Source of the DNA: an uncultured Anaerotruncus sp.
Lineage (GTDB): Bacteria; Bacillota; Clostridia; Oscillospirales; CAG-272
Direction of reading: 5' to 3'
Assembly: GCA_902461815.1 (NCBI GenBank)
Contig: CABPZE010000005.1
Coordinates: 38,134-102,133 of the forward strand
DNA: 64,000 nucleotides
Shown here: one piece after another, positions 53,017 to 61,652 of the stretch
Position numbering within the stretch: the first letter of the stretch is position 1
Layout: every line of letters starts with the position of its first letter
Notes under the pieces: generated by a model
Seen by the model: only the letters and a program-made list of their open reading frames with translations
The model's database searches: none
Told to the model about the DNA's origin: nothing
Program-made: the position numbers and the translations under genes

Positions 53017-54273
53017 ATGAATGATAAACTGATTTACGAAAACGCACGTGAGCGCTATGCCGCTCTCGGCGTTGACACGGAAAAAGCAATTGAAACGATT
53101 CTCAGCACACCGATATCAATGCACTGCTGGCAGGGCGACGATGTACGCGGCTTTGAAGGCGCGCGCTCACTTGACGGCGGCATACAGGCGACGGGAAACT
53201 ATCCCGGAGCCGCACGGACGCCCGACGAGCTTATGAGCGACATTGACGCGGCGCTTGCGCTGATCCCCGGTAAGCACCGGATAAACATTCACGCCTCATA
53301 TGCGATCTTTGACGGGACAGAAAAGGCTGACCGCGACGCTCTGCGCCCCGAACACTTTGCCGCATGGGTGAAGTTTGCCAATGAGCGCGACCTCGGCATT
53401 GATTTCAACCCCACATTTTTCTCACATCCTATGGCGGCGTCGGGACTGACGCTTTCAAGCCCCGATGACAATGTACGCGAGTTCTGGATCCGTCACGGTA
53501 TCGCCTGCCTGCGTATATCCGAATACTTCGCGCGCGAGACCGGCAAGCAGTGCCTTATGAACATCTGGATCCCCGACGGCTACAAGGATGTTCCCGCCGA
53601 CCGTATCGGTCCGCGCCGCCGCTTTGCCGACTCTCTTGACCGCATCTTGGGTGCAGGCTACGACAAGGATCTTGTAGCCGTCTCGCTGGAGTCAAAGGTC
53701 TTTGGAATAGGTGTGGAGTCATACACTGTCGGCTCGGCTGAGTTCTGCCTTGAATACAGCGCCGCGCACGGTCTTGTGCCGCTTATGGACAACGGGCACT
53801 ATCATCCCACCGAGGTTGTCAGCGACAAAATATCCTCGATGCTGCTTTTCTCCGACCGCATTGCCCTGCACGTCACCCGCGGCGTCCGCTGGGACAGCGA
53901 CCATGTAGTGCTGTTTGACGATGAAACCCGCGAGATCGCCAAGGAGGTCGTTCGCTGCAACGCACTTGGCCGCACATTTCTGGCGCTTGACTACTTTGAC
54001 GCCAGCATAAACCGCATTGCGGCATGGGTCACAGGTATGCGCAATCTTGAAAAATCACTGCTCTTTGCCCTGCTTATGCCTCATGAGCAGATGCGCGCAC
54101 TTCAGGACAGCGGTCGCTTCACCGAGCTGCTTGTCATGAGTGAGGAGCTTAAGACCCTTCCCGCAGGCGCGGTCTGGGAGGAGCTTTGCCGCCGCGCCGG
54201 AGTTCCGTCAGACGGAAGCTGGCTTGACAATGTAAAGCAGTACGAAAAAGAGGTACTTGCGGCACGCGCATAA
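53017..54273 (+). CDS. rhaA: L-rhamnose isomerase
   Basis: Start moved from TTG 52996 to ATG 53017 (MNDKLIYENA). ISMHCWQGDDVRGFE and later HID/DxGHYHPTE metal-site motifs are typical of RhaA. Confidence 0.88.
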   Translation: MNDKLIYENARERYAALGVDTEKAIETILSTPISMHCWQGDDVRGFEGARSLDGGIQATGNYPGAARTPDELMSDIDAALALIPGKHRINIHASYAIFDGTEKADRDALRPEHFAAWVKFANERDLGIDFNPTFFSHPMAASGLTLSSPDDNVREFWIRHGIACLRISEYFARETGKQCLMNIWIPDGYKDVPADRIGPRRRFADSLDRILGAGYDKDLVAVSLESKVFGIGVESYTVGSAEFCLEYSAAHGLVPLMDNGHYHPTEVVSDKISSMLLFSDRIALHVTRGVRWDSDHVVLFDDETREIAKEVVRCNALGRTFLALDYFDASINRIAAWVTGMRNLEKSLLFALLMPHEQMRALQDSGRFTELLVMSEELKTLPAGAVWEELCRRAGVPSDGSWLDNVKQYEKEVLAARA

Positions 54274-54346
54274 GCCGCCGCGTAACTGAATACATAACTT
54301 CTTTGATTTAACGATTACTCCACAAATCAAGAAAGGTAGAATTGAA

Positions 54347-57300
54347 ATGCTTTATCCGAAAAATCAAAGCCCGGAGCTGTCACGTGAGCTTTTCAAGGCT
54401 CCGACCTCAGAGTACCGCGGCGCGCCCTTCTGGTCATGGAACTGCCGTCTTGACAAGGACGAGCTGATGCGTCAGGCAGACATTCTCGGACAAATGGGAT
54501 TTGGCGGCTATCACATGCACGTCCGTTCGGGCATGGATACGCCATACCTCGGGGATGAGTTCATGTCCTGCATCCGCGCCTGCGTTGACAAGGCGGAAAA
54601 GAACGGTATGCTTGCATGGCTTTACGACGAGGATCGCTGGCCCTCCGGTTTTGCGGGCGGTCTTGTCACAAAGGACGAAAAATACCGCATACGCTACCTG
54701 CTTTTCACGCCGTTTTCTTATGAGGAGGTCGCCGGGAAGATCCGCAGCGGTAACGAACAGGCAACGGCTCTGCGCAGCGGAAACGGCAAGCTTATCTGCC
54801 GCTTTTCGGTAACGCTTGACGACGACGGATGCCTTGCCTCCTACCGCGTACTGGGCGACCAAGAAGAAGCCGACGATGGGGGACGTGTATTTTACGCCTA
54901 CCTTGAATCTCCGCACACCTCGCCGCGCTACAACGGCTATACATATGTAAACACAATGGACAAAGCCGCCATTGAACGGTTTATCGAGATAACGCATGAG
55001 GCGTATTTCCGTGAGGTCGGCGACCGTTTCGGCAATACCGTCCCCGCCATCTTCACCGACGAGCCGCAGTTCACGCACAAACAGACGCTGAAGTTTGCCT
55101 CATCTCTTGAGGATGTGGCGCTCCCGTGGACCGATGATTTTGACGACACGTATCGCGCCGCCTACGGTGAGTCGATACTTGCGCGTCTGCCCGAGCTTAT
55201 CTGGGAGCTGCCCGAGGGCGTTTCGGACGCACGGTATCATTATCACGACCACGCCTGCGAGCGCTTTGCCACCGCCTTTGCCGACACCATAGGCAATTGG
55301 TGCGACGCGCACGGACTGGCGCTTACGGGACATATGATGAAAGAACCTACGCTGGGGACGCAGACCTCCGCAGTAGGCGAGGCAATGCGCTCGCTGCGCG
55401 CCTTTGCTCTGCCGGGGATCGATATGCTTGCCAACCGCCGCGAGCTTAACACCGCAAAGCAGGCGGCGTCGGTGGCTCATCAGTACGGTCGTGAGGGCGT
55501 TATGAGCGAGCTTTACGGCGTTACCGACTGGGACTATGACTTCCGCGGTCACAAGCTGCAGGGAGACTGGCAGGCGGCGCTGGGTGTTACCGTGCGCGTT
55601 CCGCATCTTTCATGGGTGTCAATGGAGGGAGAATCCAAGCGCGATTATCCCGCGTCAATAAACTATCAGTCCCCGTGGTATGCAAAATATCCGCTTGTTG
55701 AGGATCATTTCGCACGCCTTAACACCGCGCTGACCCGCGGCACGCCTGAGATACGGACAGCGGTAATACATCCGGTGGAATCCTACTGGCTGCACTGGGG
55801 ACCCGCCGAGCAGACCGCGCTTGCGCGCGATACACTTGATTCCAATTTCCAGAACGTAACCAACTGGCTACTTTACGGCTCGGTTGATTTCGACTTTATT
55901 TCCGAATCCCTGCTGCCCTCACTCTGCGGGCAGGGCGGCGCGCCGCTGAAGGTCGGGAAAATGGAGTATGACGTCATTATCGTTCCAGGCTGTGAAACAC
56001 TGCGCTCGACCACCTGTGAACGTCTTGAAGCCTTCAGGAAGGCTGGCGGCAGACTTATCTTCATGGGCAGCGCGCCGAAATACCTTGACGCGCATCCCTC
56101 GGACATTCCCGGCGAGCTGTATGAAAGCTCAGAGCACATCGGATTTACACGCGGCGAGCTGCTGAGCGCCCTTGCCGCCGACCGCACCGTTGAGCTGCGT
56201 CAAATGAGTGGCGAGCTGACGAATAATCTCTTCCATCAGCTCAGACGAGACGGTGAGGGTATGTGGCTCTTTATCGCACAGGCGGACGAGCCGTACAACA
56301 AGGATATATCAAGACGTCAGCGGATAAAGATTACCGTAAAAGGCATATGGAAGGCTACGCTTTACGAAACAATGACAGGCGAGGTAAAGCCCTTTGAGTT
56401 CAGGCACGAGCGCGGACGCACGGTAATACCGGCGGGACTGTGGCTGCATGACAGTCTGCTTTTACGCCTTGACCCGTGCCAAGAGTGCGAGTCATACAAG
56501 CCCGCCCCTGCACCCGCCACAACGGAGACGCCCATCCGAATTCCTTGCAGTGTGCCCTTCTCGCTCTCAGAGCCAAACGCACTGCTGCTTGACAAAGCGG
56601 AATTTGCCCTCGACGGCGGCGAATTTGAGCCAAGAGAGGAGCTTTTGCGGGTCGACACACTGCTTCGCCGCCGACTTGGTTGGGATCCGTGGGGAGGCAG
56701 CGCAAATCAGCCGTGGTGCATTCCCGCCGAGCCGACAGAGCATACCGTGCGGCTGCGCTTCAGGATCGAAAGCAGAATTCCGCTGGTTGGTACTCATCTT
56801 GCGCTTGAGGCGGCGAAGAACACAAAAATCACGCTCAACGGTGTCACTGTTCCGTCAGATACCGACGGTTATTACGTTGACAAGGCGATAAGCACCGTCC
56901 CGATGCCGGATATTCCCGCAGGTGTGTCGGTGCTTGAGCTGGAAGCCCCGTTTGGAAAACGGACTGCGATCGAATGGTGCTATCTGCTTGGTGACTTCGG
57001 CGTAAGCGTCCACGGCGCCTGCACCGTAGTTGAGGAGCTGCCAAAGCTTCTCGCCTTTGAGACGATAACCACTCAGGGACTGCCCTTTTACAGCGGAGCC
57101 GTAAGCTACCGCTTCGACATAGCCACCAACGGCGGAGAGCTTTCACTGCGCTTGCCGCAGTACCGCGCAGCGGTTTACGAATGCACCCTTGACGGCGAGC
57201 GCACCGTCACAGGCGCTTTCTCACCCTACTCGGTCGTCTGGCACGATGTTCCGGCAGGAAAGCACACCGTGGAAGTCAAGCTCTACATTTCGCGCACCAA

Positions 57301-57454
57301 CGGCTTCGGACATCTCCACTGCGCCGACAGAATGCTCTCTTATCCCTCCCCCGGAGCATGGCGCACCTCAGGGGACGCATGGTGTCGTGAATACAGGCTT
57401 CACGAGGAAGGACTTATCGCCTCGCCCCTGTTTTCGGAGCTTTTCCCCCGCTGA
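54347..57454 (+). CDS. Large cytoplasmic glycoside-hydrolase-like protein (GH106 / alpha-L-rhamnosidase-like; family call tentative)
   Basis: 1035 aa, no signal peptide. The N-terminal FKAPTSEYRGAPFWSWN..L..MGFGGYHMHVRSG pattern resembles the GH106-type family. C-terminal galactose-binding-like domain. Adjacent to rhaA. Confidence 0.6.
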   Translation: MLYPKNQSPELSRELFKAPTSEYRGAPFWSWNCRLDKDELMRQADILGQMGFGGYHMHVRSGMDTPYLGDEFMSCIRACVDKAEKNGMLAWLYDEDRWPSGFAGGLVTKDEKYRIRYLLFTPFSYEEVAGKIRSGNEQATALRSGNGKLICRFSVTLDDDGCLASYRVLGDQEEADDGGRVFYAYLESPHTSPRYNGYTYVNTMDKAAIERFIEITHEAYFREVGDRFGNTVPAIFTDEPQFTHKQTLKFASSLEDVALPWTDDFDDTYRAAYGESILARLPELIWELPEGVSDARYHYHDHACERFATAFADTIGNWCDAHGLALTGHMMKEPTLGTQTSAVGEAMRSLRAFALPGIDMLANRRELNTAKQAASVAHQYGREGVMSELYGVTDWDYDFRGHKLQGDWQAALGVTVRVPHLSWVSMEGESKRDYPASINYQSPWYAKYPLVEDHFARLNTALTRGTPEIRTAVIHPVESYWLHWGPAEQTALARDTLDSNFQNVTNWLLYGSVDFDFISESLLPSLCGQGGAPLKVGKMEYDVIIVPGCETLRSTTCERLEAFRKAGGRLIFMGSAPKYLDAHPSDIPGELYESSEHIGFTRGELLSALAADRTVELRQMSGELTNNLFHQLRRDGEGMWLFIAQADEPYNKDISRRQRIKITVKGIWKATLYETMTGEVKPFEFRHERGRTVIPAGLWLHDSLLLRLDPCQECESYKPAPAPATTETPIRIPCSVPFSLSEPNALLLDKAEFALDGGEFEPREELLRVDTLLRRRLGWDPWGGSANQPWCIPAEPTEHTVRLRFRIESRIPLVGTHLALEAAKNTKITLNGVTVPSDTDGYYVDKAISTVPMPDIPAGVSVLELEAPFGKRTAIEWCYLLGDFGVSVHGACTVVEELPKLLAFETITTQGLPFYSGAVSYRFDIATNGGELSLRLPQYRAAVYECTLDGERTVTGAFSPYSVVWHDVPAGKHTVEVKLYISRTNGFGHLHCADRMLSYPSPGAWRTSGDAWCREYRLHEEGLIASPLFSELFPR

Positions 57455-57508
57455 GGACATTATTTAAGCGATAAAAATCAAAAAATTTTAAAAAAGTAAA
57501 AAAAGGTC

Positions 57509-57537
57509 TTGCATTTTCTCTCCGGATGTGATATAAT
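57509..57537 (+). promoter_or_regulatory. Sigma-A-type promoter of tRNA-Val
   Basis: TTGCAT, 17-nt spacer, TGaTATAAT (extended -10). Lies 14 nt upstream of the mature tRNA 5' end. Confidence 0.65.
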
Positions 57538-57551
57538 AGTCGACGTTGAAC

Positions 57552-57628
57552 GGAGGCATAGCTCAGCTGGTTAGAGTACATGCTTGACATGCATGGGGTC
57601 ATTGGTTCGATTCCAATTGTCTCCACCA
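57552..57628 (+). tRNA. tRNA-Val (anticodon GAC), CCA encoded
   Basis: Hand-folded cloverleaf of 77 nt. Acceptor GGAGGCA/TGTCTCC, D arm GCTC-AGCTGGTTA-GAGT, anticodon arm CATGC-TTGACAT-GCATG, T arm ATTGG-TTCGATT-CCAAT, then A-CCA. Confidence 0.93.
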
Positions 57629-57633
57629 GAAAA

Positions 57634-57665
57634 AGTCCATCTTGCAATGCAAGATGGACTTTTTC
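57634..57665 (+). terminator. Intrinsic terminator after tRNA-Val
   Basis: GTCCATCTTGC-AAT-GCAAGATGGAC followed by TTTTT. Confidence 0.85.
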
Positions 57666-57786
57666 AATGAAGCGCGCCTGCGGCGCATGAATAATGAATC
57701 ATGGCTTCGCCCTGTGAAGCGTGCCTTCGGCACACAGAGAGGAAAATACGCGCACGGCATCAGGCATCGGTAATGCCAAACCATAC

Positions 57787-57840
57787 AAAAGCCCCGAAGC
57801 ATCCGTTAAGTGGCGGATATTCCGGGGCTTTATTTATTTG
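57787..57840. terminator. Bidirectional terminator ending the nucleoside ABC operon
   Basis: GCCCCG..ATCCG..loop..CGGAT..CGGGGC, flanked by AAAA upstream and TTTATTTATTT downstream. Begins 15 nt beyond the stop of the last permease gene. Confidence 0.75.
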
Positions 57841-57854
57841 CGTAAGCTTACACC

Positions 57855-58856
57855 CTATCGCTCCTCTCGGAAATAGGAGCTGCCAAGGGCTGCAGGAGGC
57901 TGATTTTCGCGTTTTTTACGCATACTTATTGCAACAAGCACGATGATGGTCACCACGTACGGGAGCATTTTGAACAGCTCCTGCGTGCTGAGTGCCAGAC
58001 CGGGAATGTAATTGTAAACGATATAAAGTCCGCCGAACAGGAACGAGCCGAGTATTCCGGAATCCGGCTTCCAAAGGGCGAATATGACCAGCGCTATGGC
58101 AAGCCAGCCGCGGTCGCCAAATCCCTCGTTTGACCAAACGCCGGTTGCGTAGTCCATAACATAGTAAAGTCCGCCAAGACCCGCAATAACACTTCCGATG
58201 CAGGTCGCAACGTATTTATAGCGGTTCACGTTGATACCGGCGGCGTCGGCAGTAGCGGGGCTTTCGCCCACTGCGCGGAGCTGAAGTCCCACGCGGGTAC
58301 GCTTAAGCACATAGGCGGCAACAAGGGCGATTATTATGGCAAGATAGGTCATAAAGCCGTAGGAGAGGAACACCTTTCCGAACCAGCCACATTTATCGGC
58401 AAAGGGCAGCGACTTTGTGAAGAACTGACTGGTGTTGGTAAGCGCCACCGAGGGTATCTCGCTCTTTGTCAGCTTGACAATGGATGCGCCGAAAAAGTTG
58501 CCGAATCCAACTCCGAAGGTGGTGATGGCAAGACCGGTAACATTCTGATTTGCGCGCAGTGTAACGGTAAGGAAGCAGTAAAGCAAGCCCATCAGAAGCG
58601 AGCCGACGATCGTACACACAAGCGGAATGAGCACCGCAGGCAGTGCGCGGATATCGGTGCGCTCGGCAAGCGAGTTTTCGTAAATGAACGAGCCGATAAC
58701 ACCGCTTATACCGCCGACATACATAATACCGGGGATACCGAGGTTAAGGTTGCCCGATTTTTCGGTAAGTATCTCACCGGTAGAGCCGAAAAGCAGCGGA
58801 ATGCTCTGAACTATGGCACGTTGAATAAAGGTGATAACAAGAGTTGCCGAAAGCAT
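57855..58856 (-). CDS. ABC transporter permease (BMP/nucleoside uptake system, NupQ-like)
   Basis: The track start is GTG 58865. ATG 58856 lies 8 nt after AAGGAG. Polytopic, same family as the upstream permease. Confidence 0.85.
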   Translation of the reverse strand: MLSATLVITFIQRAIVQSIPLLFGSTGEILTEKSGNLNLGIPGIMYVGGISGVIGSFIYENSLAERTDIRALPAVLIPLVCTIVGSLLMGLLYCFLTVTLRANQNVTGLAITTFGVGFGNFFGASIVKLTKSEIPSVALTNTSQFFTKSLPFADKCGWFGKVFLSYGFMTYLAIIIALVAAYVLKRTRVGLQLRAVGESPATADAAGINVNRYKYVATCIGSVIAGLGGLYYVMDYATGVWSNEGFGDRGWLAIALVIFALWKPDSGILGSFLFGGLYIVYNYIPGLALSTQELFKMLPYVVTIIVLVAISMRKKRENQPPAALGSSYFREER

Positions 58857-58861
58857 CTTAC

Positions 58862-59998
58862 TCACTCCTTTCTGCGTGTGACGGTGTGGCGGAACTTTAT
58901 CTCGTAATTGATAAAGAACTCACATCCGATTATGAAAAACAAAATAATTCCGGTAAGTATATCCGAGAATGACTGATTAAGCCGATAAACCGTGGAGATC
59001 TCATTTGCGCCCTTTTCAAGGAAGATCAACAGGAATGACGTCATCACCATATAGATAGGATTGAACTTTGCCAGCCATGAGACCATGATGGCGGTAAATC
59101 CGCGTCCTCCGGCGATCGTTGTGGTTATCGTGTGGTTTGTCGAACCGACAAGAAGCAGTCCCGCCACGCCGCACAGAGCACCGGAAAGCAGCATGGTTCT
59201 GATGATTACCTTTTTTACGTTGATACCGATGTATCTTGCTGTATTTTCGCTTTCGCCGACGACGGCTATCTCATAGCCGTGCTTGCTGTATCTGAGGTAA
59301 ACATAAAGCAAAACCGTAAGTACAAACACGATGATGATATTAAGCAGATAGTCGTTGTCGCCTATCGTCGGGAACCAGCCGTCACGGGTCGCCTGATTGA
59401 TAATACCGACCTTACCCGAACCCTTCGGTACTTCCCACACCATAACGAAGTACGAAACCAGCTGAATACCGACGTAGTTCATCATCAGGGTGAAAAGCGT
59501 TTCATTCGTTCCCCAGTTTGCCTTGAATATGGCAGGGATGACCGCCCATATGGCGCCCGCGACAATTGAAACTACGGTCATAACGATAATAAGGAGCCAG
59601 TTGGGCATTTTGCCGCCCAGAAGGATCATGCAAGCCGCCGCCGCAAGACCACCGATAAGCACCTGTCCCTCTGCCCCGATGTTCCAGAAGCGCATTTTGA
59701 AGGCGGGCGTTACAGCCAGCGACACGCAAAGCAGCATGGCAAGCCCCTGAAGCATAGTCCAGATGCGTGAGGGAGTTGCAAACGAGCCGCGGAACATGGT
59801 CGTATAAACCGCAATGGGGTTCTTTTTTGTCAGCAACATTGTGACAATGGCGCTGACTATCAACGCGGCGACAATTGCAAGCCCGCGTATCATCCACGCG
59901 CGATACCACGGGATGGCGTCTCTTTTGACTATATGAAACAGCGGCTCTCGCGCCGTTTTTTCCGCCGGAGCGCGGTTACGATGCTTCTCGTTATTCAT
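58862..59998 (-). CDS. ABC transporter permease (NupP-like)
   Basis: 378 aa, polytopic. 8-nt overlap with the ATPase gene. Confidence 0.85.
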   Translation of the reverse strand: MNNEKHRNRAPAEKTAREPLFHIVKRDAIPWYRAWMIRGLAIVAALIVSAIVTMLLTKKNPIAVYTTMFRGSFATPSRIWTMLQGLAMLLCVSLAVTPAFKMRFWNIGAEGQVLIGGLAAAACMILLGGKMPNWLLIIVMTVVSIVAGAIWAVIPAIFKANWGTNETLFTLMMNYVGIQLVSYFVMVWEVPKGSGKVGIINQATRDGWFPTIGDNDYLLNIIIVFVLTVLLYVYLRYSKHGYEIAVVGESENTARYIGINVKKVIIRTMLLSGALCGVAGLLLVGSTNHTITTTIAGGRGFTAIMVSWLAKFNPIYMVMTSFLLIFLEKGANEISTVYRLNQSFSDILTGIILFFIIGCEFFINYEIKFRHTVTRRKE

Positions 59999-61532
59999 TT
60001 TCCTCCCCCTTTCGGTGGGTCTTGGTCATAAGCAGTCCAAGCTGCTCCTTTGTGGCGGTCCTGCCGTCAACGATTCCTGTGATCCTTCCGTCGGCAACCA
60101 CCATTATGCGGTCGCAAAGCTCGACCAGAACGTCAAGATCCTCGCCGACAAAAATCACGGCAACACCTTCTTCCTTTTCTTTTGAAAGCAGATTATAGAT
60201 AGTGTAAGAGGAGTTGATGTCAAGTCCGCGCACCGGGTACGCCGCCATAAGCACGGTGGGGCGTGAGGATATTTCGCGTCCGACAAGTATTTTCTGCACG
60301 TTGCCGCCCGAAAGTCGTCTTACCGGGGTAGACGTACCGGGAGTCACTACATCAAGATCATGTATTATCTGCTCGGCAAGGTCGTGCGGTTTTTTTCTTT
60401 CAAGGAAAATTGATTTTCCGCGGCGGTAGCTGCGAAGCATCATGTTATCGGTAATGTCCATATTTCCGACAAGTCCCATTCCGAGTCTGTCCTCGGGAAC
60501 GAAGGAAAGGCGGACACCTAAATTTCTTATCTGAAGCGGAGTTTTGTCACGGAGGTTATCCGTTTCTCCGGTTTTGGGGTTGTTATAGAGGATCTCCCCG
60601 CCATCAAGCGTCTGAAGACCGGCTATCGACTCAAGCAGCTCACGCTGACCGCTGCCTGCAATTCCCGCGATTCCGAGTATCTCGCCTGCGCGGGCGGTAA
60701 ATGAAACGTCATCAAGAACACGCATACCCTCAGCATCGCGGCAGTTCAGCCCGCGCACCACCAAACGGTCCTCGGTGTTCTTGGGTTCTTTTCTTTCAAT
60801 ATTGAGGCTTATCTTCTTGCCAACCATCATTTCGGTAAGCGAAGCCTCGGTCGCCTCCGCTGTGTTGACAGTGCCTATGTATTCGCCCTTGCGAAGGACA
60901 GCCACACGGTCTGAAAGCGACAGCACCTCGTGCAGCTTGTGTGTGATTATAATTATCGCCTTTCCGTCCGAACGCATACGACGCAGAACGTCAAAAAGGC
61001 GTTCGGTCTCCTGCGGCGTAAGAACAGCCGTAGGCTCGTCAAGGATAAGTATATCGGCGCCGCGGTAAAGCACCTTGATTATTTCGACCGTCTGCTTTTC
61101 GGATACGGACATCTCGTATATCTTTTTGTCGGGGTCGATGACAAAGCCGTACTTTTCGGTTATCCCGACCACCTTCTCACGCGCCTTTTTAAGGTCGAAG
61201 CTCCCGCCGTCTTTCATGCCGAGAATAATGTTTTCTGTGGCGCTGAAAACATCCACCAACTTGAAATGCTGATGGATCATTCCGATCTTGTATTTGAAGG
61301 CATCCTTTGGCGAGCTTATGACGACCTCTTTGCCGTCAACAAGTATCTCCCCCTCGTCCGGAAAGTAAATACCGGATATCATGTTCATAAGAGTGGTCTT
61401 GCCGCTTCCGTTTTCGCCGAGAACTGCAAGTATCTCGCCCTTTCTCACCTGAAGGTTCACATCCTTGTTTGCGATGACGTGACCGAACCTTTTTGTGACG
61501 CCTCTTAACTCAATGGCAATATTATTTTCCAC
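59991..61532 (-). CDS. ABC transporter ATP-binding protein with duplicated NBDs (sugar/nucleoside CUT2 type)
   Basis: 513 aa. Walker A GENGSGKTT; signatures SVSEKQ and LSGGNVQ; Walker B ILILDEP. GTG start 6 nt after GGAGG. Confidence 0.9.
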   Translation of the reverse strand: MENNIAIELRGVTKRFGHVIANKDVNLQVRKGEILAVLGENGSGKTTLMNMISGIYFPDEGEILVDGKEVVISSPKDAFKYKIGMIHQHFKLVDVFSATENIILGMKDGGSFDLKKAREKVVGITEKYGFVIDPDKKIYEMSVSEKQTVEIIKVLYRGADILILDEPTAVLTPQETERLFDVLRRMRSDGKAIIIITHKLHEVLSLSDRVAVLRKGEYIGTVNTAEATEASLTEMMVGKKISLNIERKEPKNTEDRLVVRGLNCRDAEGMRVLDDVSFTARAGEILGIAGIAGSGQRELLESIAGLQTLDGGEILYNNPKTGETDNLRDKTPLQIRNLGVRLSFVPEDRLGMGLVGNMDITDNMMLRSYRRGKSIFLERKKPHDLAEQIIHDLDVVTPGTSTPVRRLSGGNVQKILVGREISSRPTVLMAAYPVRGLDINSSYTIYNLLSKEKEEGVAVIFVGEDLDVLVELCDRIMVVADGRITGIVDGRTATKEQLGLLMTKTHRKGEENE

Positions 61533-61558
61533 GGGAATCCTCCGATAAAAAGCGTTTT

Positions 61559-61630
61559 GCGGCGATTTCGCGCCGCATAAAACGAACCAATGGGGGGCTG
61601 TCGCGCTTTTGGCGCGGCAGCCCGTCCCCC
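61559..61630 (-). promoter_or_regulatory. Two GC-rich intercistronic stem-loops between the binding-protein and ATPase genes
   Basis: Minus-strand RNA GGGGGACGGGCUGCCGCGC-CAAAA-GCGCGACAGCCCCCC, then GCGGCG-CGAAAU-CGCCGC followed by AAAACGCUUUUUAUC. Confidence 0.6.
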
Positions 61631-61652
61631 GATCCGGAATTAAATACTTGTA

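Noticed and set aside
57414-57647. 77-aa minus-strand ORF (and the 57599..57802 and 57701..57946 ORFs) around the tRNA.
   Set aside because: They overlap the tRNA-Val gene and its terminator, or the hairpin array. The translation of a tRNA complement (..GIEPMTP..) is a well-known artefact.
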